Source of the DNA: Chitinophaga jiangningensis
GTDB taxonomy: Bacteria > Bacteroidota > Bacteroidia > Chitinophagales > Chitinophagaceae
Length of the DNA: 32,000 nucleotides
Direction of reading: 5' to 3'
NCBI RefSeq assembly: GCF_900142605.1
Contig: NZ_FRBL01000001.1
Coordinates: forward strand, 633,836 to 665,835
The notes under the pieces were generated by a model. That model saw nothing but the letters and a program-made list of their open reading frames with translations. It was not told the origin of the DNA and ran no database searches. Both the position numbers and the translations under genes were made by a program. Positions 7,178 to 15,224 of this stretch are shown piece by piece (the first letter of the stretch is position 1; each line of letters opens with the position of its first letter).

Positions 7178-8380
7178 TTACTTAAACACCCCATCATCAT
7201 AAGCAGCGGCATACTCCTTAAAATCATCCTGCACCTGCTCCGCATAAGAAGCAGCATATTCATACAGCCTGTCTTTCCAGTTATCCACACTGCCGCCAAA
7301 ATCAATCAGTTCATCCGCAATTGCAGAGCCCTGGCGGCCTCCCGAGCGAAGGCAATCCCAGCCAAGGATCTGCCCCATCGTCGTCAAAATCTCTTCCAGC
7401 TGCGGAATATTACCGGCAAACAATTCAAAGTTCAATTTATCGGAGCTGGGTTGCAGTTGCTTTAATACGAATTGTTCCCCCGCCACATTAACAGCATGCA
7501 ACAGCGCAGGATAGGCTGCCTGCACACGTTTCTGTACCTCCGTGATACGATGCGCCTCGTCTGTCCATACAGGCTGGGGGAAGTGATGGTATTTTAAAAT
7601 GCAGGAAGGGTTAGCTCTTTTCAGGTCCAGCAGGTGATATTCACCCGGTGCTTTATCGTAGGTCACCAACAGTACATAGCGTTCAATACCCAAACTACCG
7701 GTACCGGCTATACGATACGCAGCATCCACTACGTTGTAACCTTTTAAAGCAGGACGTTTGGCTGCCCAGCTGTTCACCGCCGCCTTTACCAGGTCCCGCT
7801 CTTCCTTCGGTGTTTTGATGGTTTTCAGGTCATCGATGAGCAGTCGGGGTTTATCCTCTTTTATATACATTCTTTTTGCGAGGAATGGCTTTAACTTCCG
7901 GTTACGCACCGTATCCAGAAACAGGCGGATAGTTCCGGTAGCGGCCTGTTTTTCCAGGGAACGGATATATCCGGCCGTAAGCGTATCAGCATACGATTTA
8001 ATAAAAATACCGGCGAGCTTTTTCGCCTCTTTGGCATTCACATCCAGCACATCGGAGGTAAGGAAGATACTGCATAGCAATCGTGCAGGGTCCAGCAGGC
8101 AGGGCGCCAGCACTGCTTCGTCAAAATCGTTGATATCGAAATAAGGGATATGGTTATCGGCTTTGTAGCTACCGAAATTTTCGAGGTGGAGATCTCCGCA
8201 GATCCAGCTACGTGGGGATTTCAGTAGTTCGTTCCCTGCAGGCAAATCTTCGTAAAACAAATGGCAGGAGCCTCTGAAAAAGCGGAGTGGATTGCGGCGC
8301 ATGGCTGCATACTTCATGGAAAGCAAGGCAGGAATGCGGCCTTCGTTGAAATGGATAATCCTGTCAGAAATCTGCTGCAT
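7178..8380 (-). CDS. DUF2252 domain-containing protein (uncharacterised)
   Basis: RRNPLRFFRGSCHLFYEDL...WICGDLHLENFGSY...YFDINDFDEAVLAPCLLDPARL matches my memory of the DUF2252 N-terminal signature. ATG at 8380. Confidence 0.8.
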   Translation of the reverse strand: MQQISDRIIHFNEGRIPALLSMKYAAMRRNPLRFFRGSCHLFYEDLPAGNELLKSPRSWICGDLHLENFGSYKADNHIPYFDINDFDEAVLAPCLLDPARLLCSIFLTSDVLDVNAKEAKKLAGIFIKSYADTLTAGYIRSLEKQAATGTIRLFLDTVRNRKLKPFLAKRMYIKEDKPRLLIDDLKTIKTPKEERDLVKAAVNSWAAKRPALKGYNVVDAAYRIAGTGSLGIERYVLLVTYDKAPGEYHLLDLKRANPSCILKYHHFPQPVWTDEAHRITEVQKRVQAAYPALLHAVNVAGEQFVLKQLQPSSDKLNFELFAGNIPQLEEILTTMGQILGWDCLRSGGRQGSAIADELIDFGGSVDNWKDRLYEYAASYAEQVQDDFKEYAAAYDDGVFK

Positions 8381-8382
8381 AT

Positions 8383-8424
8383 GGTATCTTTATATAGCGC
8401 TTACCTGCGTTATATAAAGATACC
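8383..8424. other. Perfect 14-bp AT-rich stem with a 14-nt loop, 2 nt upstream of the DUF2252 start and 13 nt downstream of the D-TA gene stop
   Basis: ggtatctttatata (8383-8396) pairs with tatataaagatacc (8411-8424). Confidence 0.6.
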
Positions 8425-8437
8425 AAATTCCGGCCGC

Positions 8438-9538
8438 TTACACGATGATCTGGCGGTCGCGCGCAATCACCTTCCAGGTGGCAGTTACATCGTTATTTTC
8501 TGCTACATAAGCCTTTTCAAACAAGGCTACGGTAGGGCAAATATGTAAAGGTACTCCGTAGGCAACAGTACCTACGGGATATTGCGCAGCTGATTCCACT
8601 TTCATCACCAGGTGCTCTTCACTCTGGGAGATAATAGTGCCGGGAATGTTCAGGAATTCCACACGTGGCTGCGGGTTTTCGGCCGCTACGGACTTATGCC
8701 CGAGGTCCAGGCAGATCAGCTGATCATCGATGTGAGAAATGACCCGGCTGAGTACCAACGCTGCGTAATGAAATGGTTGTTCCGGCAGATTTTTGGCATA
8801 ACCAAAATCCCAGAATACAAAAGTACCCGGACTACATTCTTCGCGGCGGCGTTGTGCATGAATCGGGAAAGTGGGTGTGCCACCTGCCACTACCAACGGC
8901 ACCGGTAAACCGGTTGCCACCACATCTGCCACCAGGTTTATAACAGGCTCATAAGCCTGATCACATTTTTGTTTTCGTATAGCCAGGTCCGTGTCGTGCA
9001 GGTGGCCATCATATACATGGAATCCTACCGGCAGCAGGTTTTCCAGCGAATGTATGTACTGATATAATGCCAGCGCGGTTTGATCCGGCTTAATGCCGGT
9101 GCGGTTCATACCTACGTTGATATCCATGTATACATGCACGTGGCGGCCGCTTTGCTGCGCCAGCGACTGTAAATAGTCAGCTGACTCCCTGTTATCTACC
9201 AGGCAGGAGAAACTGGTGCCCGGATATTTCTGTATCAACTCCAGGAAACGCACTGCCTTTGGACCTACCGGCTGATAGGCCAGCAGTACATCCCCCGCGC
9301 CGGCCAAACCGGTCATCTCCGCTTCCGCGATGGTAGCGCATTTGAATTTATTGATACCCGCGTCCATCATCAGTTGCACCACTTCCGTCATTTTATTCGT
9401 TTTTACGTGTGGGCGTAACCGTGATACGTTATCAATCATTCCCTTTACGGTGTTGATATTTTCAATCACCCTGTTTTTATAGATGATGAGTGCAGGTGAA
9501 TCTACCTGGGCTGCATTCCTGAGTTCAAACCAATTCAT
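8438..9538 (-). CDS. D-TA family PLP-dependent enzyme (D-threonine aldolase / DSD1-type D-serine dehydratase-like, alanine racemase N-terminal fold)
   Basis: The ORF 8438-9556 start is TTG. The first ATG at 9538 gives MNWFELRNAAQVDSPALIIYKNR... with LRPHVKTNKMTEV (PLP lysine region) and C-terminal LDLGHKSVAAE. This start leaves a 10-nt gap after the GntP stop rather than an overlap. Confidence 0.75.
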   Translation of the reverse strand: MNWFELRNAAQVDSPALIIYKNRVIENINTVKGMIDNVSRLRPHVKTNKMTEVVQLMMDAGINKFKCATIAEAEMTGLAGAGDVLLAYQPVGPKAVRFLELIQKYPGTSFSCLVDNRESADYLQSLAQQSGRHVHVYMDINVGMNRTGIKPDQTALALYQYIHSLENLLPVGFHVYDGHLHDTDLAIRKQKCDQAYEPVINLVADVVATGLPVPLVVAGGTPTFPIHAQRRREECSPGTFVFWDFGYAKNLPEQPFHYAALVLSRVISHIDDQLICLDLGHKSVAAENPQPRVEFLNIPGTIISQSEEHLVMKVESAAQYPVGTVAYGVPLHICPTVALFEKAYVAENNDVTATWKVIARDRQIIV

Positions 9539-9548
9539 TACAAATTTT

Positions 9549-10862
9549 TTATACAAACAAACTAAGCAACAAAGTGCCTGCCAGTCCGGTTACGGATACG
9601 ATCGTTTCCATCACGGACCATGTTTTGATGGTGTCTTTCACTGTCAAGTTAAAGTATTCTTTAAACATCCAGAAACCGGCATCATTTACGTGGGAGAACA
9701 TGAGGCTGCCGGCACCTGTGGCCAGCACCATCAGGTTGGGATTCACGCCCGAAGCCGGTATCAGCGGGGCCACTATGGCAGCGGTAGTGAGTCCTGCTAC
9801 GGTAGCGGAACCAATGCACACACGTATGATTGCGGCAATACCCCATGCCAGCACCAGCGGGTGCAGGTGCAGCTGCTGCAGGCTATCGGCGATATAGGAG
9901 CTTACTTTGCTATCGTTCAGCAATTGTGTAAGTGCGCCGGAGCCGCCAATTACCAGAATAATTACAGCTACATCCTTTACTGCCTCATCCATCAGGCCCA
10001 TAACTTTTTTCATGGGTGTTTTCCTGCGTAATCCCAGCAGGTACATACCGTTGAGCACGGCCAGCAGCATTACGATCAGCGGATCGCCCAGCCAGCTGGC
10101 CACCTTATATCCGAAACTGTGTTCTGGTATCCAGAGCTTTGCCACGGCAGTAAATGCCAGCAGCAGCACTGGCAGCATGGCGGCGAACAGGCTGGCGCCC
10201 ATTCCCGGAATTTCGTTTTCCGGCAGTTCTTTCGTCGTAAATATCTGGGATGGCGGGTTGGTGTAGCTTTTAAGAAATCTGCTGAATACGGGCCCCGCAA
10301 GGATGATTGCGGGCACTGCCACCAGGATGCCGTACAACAACGTAAGGCCCATACTGGCATGAAAGGTTTGTACCAGCGCGGTAGGTGAAGGATGTGGGGG
10401 GAGATAGCCATGGGTTACTGATAGGGAAGCCAGCATGGGAATCCCCAGGTACACAGCAGGTAAGCCTGTACGCCCGGCTACCATAAATATCAGCGGTACC
10501 ATCAGCACAAACCCGATATTATAAAACAAGGGAATACCTACTACAAACCCGGTGATCATGAGGGACCACTGCACATATTTTGGCCCCAGCAGTTTCATGA
10601 GTCCGCCCGCAATACGTTGTCCGGCGCCACTTTCAGCCACCAGCTTACCCAGCATGCTACCGGCTACTATCACCACGATCAGCGATCCCAGCGTTTTACC
10701 AATACCGATTTGGATCGACTGTGTAATGGCTGAAATATCCATACCCAGGGCCAGTCCCATCAGCAGGGATACTATCAGGAAACTGAGAAAGGTATTTAGT
10801 TTGAGCCAGGCCACCAGGATCACAAGGAGGATGATGGCACCAATCACAATAAGTAAAGGCAT
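9549..10862 (-). CDS. GntP family permease (gluconate:H+ symporter family)
   Basis: 437-aa polytopic protein. The N-terminus MPLLIVIGAIILLVILVAWLKLNTFLSFLIVSLLMGLALGM and overall architecture are typical of GntP. Confidence 0.9.
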   Translation of the reverse strand: MPLLIVIGAIILLVILVAWLKLNTFLSFLIVSLLMGLALGMDISAITQSIQIGIGKTLGSLIVVIVAGSMLGKLVAESGAGQRIAGGLMKLLGPKYVQWSLMITGFVVGIPLFYNIGFVLMVPLIFMVAGRTGLPAVYLGIPMLASLSVTHGYLPPHPSPTALVQTFHASMGLTLLYGILVAVPAIILAGPVFSRFLKSYTNPPSQIFTTKELPENEIPGMGASLFAAMLPVLLLAFTAVAKLWIPEHSFGYKVASWLGDPLIVMLLAVLNGMYLLGLRRKTPMKKVMGLMDEAVKDVAVIILVIGGSGALTQLLNDSKVSSYIADSLQQLHLHPLVLAWGIAAIIRVCIGSATVAGLTTAAIVAPLIPASGVNPNLMVLATGAGSLMFSHVNDAGFWMFKEYFNLTVKDTIKTWSVMETIVSVTGLAGTLLLSLFV

Positions 10863-10921
10863 GCTTGTTCGATTTTGGTATCGGACAAGATATAAAAAAA
10901 GAAGTAGTAAACGGAAGATTG

Positions 10922-12199
10922 TTATTCGTACCGCAGGGCGATAATCGGATCCAGTTTGGAGGCTTTATAAGCCGGGTAGATGCCGGAGATCAGGCCCACG
11001 ATGGCGCAGAGACTTACACCGATAAAGATCCATAGCCATGGGATGATAAATGGAGAACCTAACAGTAACGACACTACGTTGCCGAAGAGCATGCCTACCA
11101 ATACACCGATCACCCCACCCATCACACTGATGATAATGGCTTCGTACAGGAACTGCTGGCGCACCACTTTACTGGTGGCTCCCAGGGCCTTGGTGACGCC
11201 GATTTCGCGGGTACGTTCGGCCACCGATACAAGCATGATGTTCATGAGTCCGATAGCGGAGCCAAACAAGGTGATAAAGGCAATGGCTACTGCGAAGAGA
11301 TTTACTTTACTGAGACTGGAAAACAGCATTTCTGCGATACTATCGCTTTTGCTGATCACGAAGTTGTCAGCCTCGTTTACAGCAAGACCACGGATAATAC
11401 GGAAAAGCCCGATAGCTTCCCCTTGTGCGGGCTCCATCTGGCTGATATCTTTTACGGCGATGCCTATCTGGTAGGAGGCATTAGGCCGGTTAAAAATTCT
11501 TCGTGTATTGTTGACCGTAGTCAGTACTACGTTGTCCTGGCTCATCATGGCACTACTTCCTTTGGAGGCGAGCACGCCGATTACCCGGTAGCGCACATCT
11601 CCCACCCGCACGGTATTATTCACTACGTTCTTCAGCTTTTTGCCAAAAAGTTTTTCCGCCACGTCTTTTCCCAGGATGGCTACATTTCGGCCGGATTCCA
11701 CATCGAGGGTGTTAAAGTTCCTTCCCTCGGCCACTTCGTAACTGGCCACCTTGAGATAGTTTTCATCCCCGCCAATGACGGTCACGTTGGGATTTGTTTT
11801 CTTATCATCTTTATAAACAGTGGCAATGCCGGAGGCCCTGAAGTTGATGCTCACCTCAGCGGGGAAGTGGTAACGTTCCTTAAAACGTACGGCATCCTGG
11901 TAGGATATCACCTTGTTACTGTTTGATTTTTTTACTTTTTTCTGGTTTTTGTTCCCTTTTGAGGCTTTTTCACTGTCGTCGCCCATGCGTACCTGGATAT
12001 CGCGGTTGCGGATACTGAAGCTGTTGGCGCCCATCATGGCGAAACTGCTGTAAATACTGTTCTTCATGCTGTCGATAGCAGTAAGAATGCCCACCAGCAC
12101 AGTAATACCCAGTGCGATGATTGCTACAGTGAGCCCGGTTCGGAGTTTATTACCGGTAACGGAACGATATGCCAGTGAAAATATATCTCGGGATTGCAT
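10922..12199 (-). CDS. ABC transporter permease, FtsX/MacB type
   Basis: N-terminal TM helix, a large periplasmic domain, and a C-terminal FtsX domain (ERTREIGVTKALGA...GIYPAYKASKLDPIIALRYE). Confidence 0.85.
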   Translation of the reverse strand: MQSRDIFSLAYRSVTGNKLRTGLTVAIIALGITVLVGILTAIDSMKNSIYSSFAMMGANSFSIRNRDIQVRMGDDSEKASKGNKNQKKVKKSNSNKVISYQDAVRFKERYHFPAEVSINFRASGIATVYKDDKKTNPNVTVIGGDENYLKVASYEVAEGRNFNTLDVESGRNVAILGKDVAEKLFGKKLKNVVNNTVRVGDVRYRVIGVLASKGSSAMMSQDNVVLTTVNNTRRIFNRPNASYQIGIAVKDISQMEPAQGEAIGLFRIIRGLAVNEADNFVISKSDSIAEMLFSSLSKVNLFAVAIAFITLFGSAIGLMNIMLVSVAERTREIGVTKALGATSKVVRQQFLYEAIIISVMGGVIGVLVGMLFGNVVSLLLGSPFIIPWLWIFIGVSLCAIVGLISGIYPAYKASKLDPIIALRYE

Positions 12200-12276
12200 A
12201 AATACGGGTTAATAGTAAAGTTAATATAATAATGCATTCGATCCGAGGTTATTTGGGATTAGTGGTTGATCGGTAT

Positions 12277-12348
12277 AAAAAAAGGAAGACTGGTGCCTTC
12301 GGCACCAGTCTTCCTTTTTAGTATCATCGCAAAACCGGGGGTTTTGCG
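12277..12348 (-). terminator. nuo operon terminator region: hairpin cgcaaaacc/ggttttgcg (12328-12348), then a strong hairpin aaggaagactggtgcc/ggcaccagtcttcctt with flanking A/T runs (12277-12321)
   Basis: Read directly from the sequence. On the minus strand the second hairpin is followed by a T-run. Confidence 0.85.
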
Positions 12349-12363
12349 GTAGTAATATTTGAA

Positions 12364-13734
12364 TTACAGCCAGCAGAGCAGCAGGTTCGGGAATAAACCG
12401 AGTGCCAGCACGAGGATCACGGTGAAGATCAGACCGGCTTTGAAGCCACCGGAAACCGGCTCTACCTGAGGCTCGCCCTGTTTGAAGTACATGGCTATGA
12501 TCACTCTGAAGTAATAGTATACGCTGATGGCAGCGCAAAGTACCGCCAGGATCACCAGCCAGAGCAGGTGGCCCTGCTGGATAGCTGCAGCCAGTACGAA
12601 GTATTTAGCGAAGAAGCCGGCCGTAACCGGGATACCTGCCAGTGAAAACAGGAATACTGTTACCGCAAAAGCCAGCACTGGTTCTTTCTTAGCCAGGCCG
12701 TTGAATCCTTCGAAGGTATAATCTTTTAAACGCAGCAGTACCGCGAAGATACCGATGGTAGCGATGCTATAGGCAGCAGCATACAGCACAATACCCTGGG
12801 CCGCTGCGAGGTTCATTGCAATTACCGCAAACATCATGAAACCTGCCTGTGCGATAGAGGAGTAAGCGAGCATGCGCTTCACACTCTGCTGGAACACAGC
12901 AGTAAAGTTACCCAATACGAGGGTCAGCGCGGTAATGATGGCCAGTAACAGCATCCAGTGGCTGCTGATTTCTCCGCCGCCGAAGCCAACGTGAAACAGG
13001 CGAACAAACGCGATGAAACCACCGGCTTTTACCACCGTAGCCATAAAGGAGGTGAAAACGGTAGGTGAACCATCGTATACATCTGGTGTCCAGAAGTGGA
13101 AAGGAACAGCGGATACTTTAAATGCCAGTGCAAAAGCAACCAGTATGGTACCGCACAGTGCCAGCGGTGAAACGTTTTCAGCGCCGAGGCCCAGTGAAGC
13201 AATCTCGAAAGTACCGGCAGAACCATAGATCAGCGTGATACCCATCAGCAATACACCGGTAGAAAAACATCCCATCAGGAAGTATTTCAGTGCAGCTTCG
13301 TTGCTCTTCAGGTTCTTTTTATCGCTACCAGCAAGGATATACTGTGGTATCGACATAATCTCAATGGCCAGAAACAACATCAGCAGGTTGCTGAAAGTGG
13401 CTGCCAGTGAAATACCGGCGAGGATAAAGAACACCAGTGCGAAATAATCCGCCACGTGCTCTCCCACCTTTTCAAACTCGCTACCCGACAACAGGAAATA
13501 CAACAGCGTGGACCCAATAGCTACTGCATTGAATATTATGCTGAATTTAGTCACTTCAATCATGCCAAACATAGTATAGCCGCCCAGCTCCACAGATGGA
13601 TACTGTGCCAGGTTAGCTATAAAAGCTATAATAATGGCCGCTATGGCAAAAAATTTAATGTGCTGCTTACGTGCAAATAAACCAACGAACATCAGTACAA
13701 CGCCCGATAAAGCAGTAGAAATTAGTGCATTCAT
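12364..13734 (-). CDS. nuoN: NADH-quinone oxidoreductase subunit N
   Basis: 456-aa antiporter-like polytopic protein, last gene of the nuo cluster. ATG at 13734. Confidence 0.9.
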   Translation of the reverse strand: MNALISTALSGVVLMFVGLFARKQHIKFFAIAAIIIAFIANLAQYPSVELGGYTMFGMIEVTKFSIIFNAVAIGSTLLYFLLSGSEFEKVGEHVADYFALVFFILAGISLAATFSNLLMLFLAIEIMSIPQYILAGSDKKNLKSNEAALKYFLMGCFSTGVLLMGITLIYGSAGTFEIASLGLGAENVSPLALCGTILVAFALAFKVSAVPFHFWTPDVYDGSPTVFTSFMATVVKAGGFIAFVRLFHVGFGGGEISSHWMLLLAIITALTLVLGNFTAVFQQSVKRMLAYSSIAQAGFMMFAVIAMNLAAAQGIVLYAAAYSIATIGIFAVLLRLKDYTFEGFNGLAKKEPVLAFAVTVFLFSLAGIPVTAGFFAKYFVLAAAIQQGHLLWLVILAVLCAAISVYYYFRVIIAMYFKQGEPQVEPVSGGFKAGLIFTVILVLALGLFPNLLLCWL

Positions 13735-13757
13735 ATTTTTGCGTTACAAAACCCCGA

Positions 13758-15191
13758 TTAAAATTTAAGAACTACAGCAGTTGTGTTGCTTACCAGGTCC
13801 AGGATTGGTTTTGGATAAACACCCAGGATCAGGATGATAGCAACCACCAGGCTCAAAGCCAGCACTTCTGCAGGCTGTAAGTCGGTTGTAGTTTCTGTTA
13901 ATGCATTCGCGTTACCGAACATTACCTTCTGGATCATGTTCAGTGTATACACCGCAGCCAGGATGATACCCAGTCCGGCCACTGCCATAAACCAGTGATT
14001 ATATTGGAACAGACCGCTGAACATCAGGAACTCACCTACGAAACCGTTGGTCAGTGGTAAGCCGATGTTTGCCAGGCTGATAATAACCAGGAAGATGGCC
14101 ATACGCGGAGCTTTCTGCGCAATGCCTCCCAGCTCGTCCATATTTTTGATGTTGAAACGCTGCTGGATGATCTCAACGATAATCCACAAGCCGATGATGT
14201 TGATACCGTGGTTAAACATCTGGAGCAGCACACCCTGCATACCCTGTTCGGTATGGGAGAAGATAGCTGCACTCATCAGGCCGATGTGGGCGATGGAAGA
14301 GTAAGCGATCAGGCGCTTCAGGTCCGATTGTACCATAGCAATGCAGGAAGCATAGATGATACCGATGATGGAAAGCACGATGGCTACATCTGCCCACATG
14401 TGAACGCCTTCAGGCAGTACCGGCACCAGCCAGCGGATTACACCAAACAGCCCCATTTTCACCATAATACCGGAAAGGATCATGGTTACAGGAGTAGGCG
14501 ACTGCTCATAAGTATCCGGCTGCCAGGTATGGAAAGGGAACACCGGCATCTTGATGGCAAAGGCTACAAAGAAGAGCCAGAACAGCCAGTTCTGCTGATC
14601 TGCACCGAGGTGCAGGTTGGTGAAGGATTCCCAGCTGAAGGAGTGATCAGGGTTCTGTGTATACAGGTAGATGATACCTACCAGCATCAGCAGTGACCCG
14701 AGGAATGTATAAACAAAGAATTTAAACGTAACGGCTATACGCTTATCACCTCCCCACAGTGAGCAGAGGAAATAAACAGGAATCAGCGCCAGCTCCCAGA
14801 AGATATAGAACTGCAGGGCATCATAAGCGGTAAATACGCCGGTAAGGCCCGCCTGTGAAAGCAGCAGGAGTCCATAAAAACTGTTGGAAGATTCGTAGTT
14901 GCGGTTATAGATGGCAATAAAAACAAGCAGAAAAGCGATGGCTGTTAATAAGCACAGCATCATGCCCATTCCGTCTAAACCTACCCTGAATTGACTTCCC
15001 AGCTGAGGGATCCAGTTGGCTGTGAAGCTCAAACTGTCGGGTGCAGTACCTAAGCGGCACCATGCACCAATTGCTGTTGCCACCGTTGCCAGGGATGAAA
15101 TCACCGCCAGCACTTTAGGCCCGGACCCCTTCAGGCCAAATGCGATAAGGCCCGCGATGAAAGGAATCAATATTAATAAAACTGTCAACAT
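13758..15191 (-). CDS. nuoM: NADH-quinone oxidoreductase subunit M
   Basis: 477-aa antiporter-like subunit (...FPFHTWQPDTYEQSPTPVT...) in the position between nuoL and nuoN. Confidence 0.92.
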   Translation of the reverse strand: MLTVLLILIPFIAGLIAFGLKGSGPKVLAVISSLATVATAIGAWCRLGTAPDSLSFTANWIPQLGSQFRVGLDGMGMMLCLLTAIAFLLVFIAIYNRNYESSNSFYGLLLLSQAGLTGVFTAYDALQFYIFWELALIPVYFLCSLWGGDKRIAVTFKFFVYTFLGSLLMLVGIIYLYTQNPDHSFSWESFTNLHLGADQQNWLFWLFFVAFAIKMPVFPFHTWQPDTYEQSPTPVTMILSGIMVKMGLFGVIRWLVPVLPEGVHMWADVAIVLSIIGIIYASCIAMVQSDLKRLIAYSSIAHIGLMSAAIFSHTEQGMQGVLLQMFNHGINIIGLWIIVEIIQQRFNIKNMDELGGIAQKAPRMAIFLVIISLANIGLPLTNGFVGEFLMFSGLFQYNHWFMAVAGLGIILAAVYTLNMIQKVMFGNANALTETTTDLQPAEVLALSLVVAIILILGVYPKPILDLVSNTTAVVLKF

Positions 15192-15224
15192 AATTTATCT
15201 GCGCTTGTAACTTCTGCTATTGGT

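Noticed and set aside
9483-10411. Several 89-182-aa ORFs inside and antisense to the GntP permease gene. Similar ORFs lie inside nuoL (15768-16430), nuoM (14208-14696), nuoH (18978-19517), nuoD (24372-25007) and the FtsX gene (10980-11926)
   Set aside because: All overlap confidently assigned genes in alternative frames. Their products are compositionally odd (His/Cys/Arg/Gly-rich) and lack motifs.
12221-12538. 105-aa minus-strand ORF overlapping the nuoN 3' end and the terminator
   Set aside because: It is out of frame with nuoN, spans two terminator hairpins, and has a low-complexity Arg/Ser/Leu-rich product.
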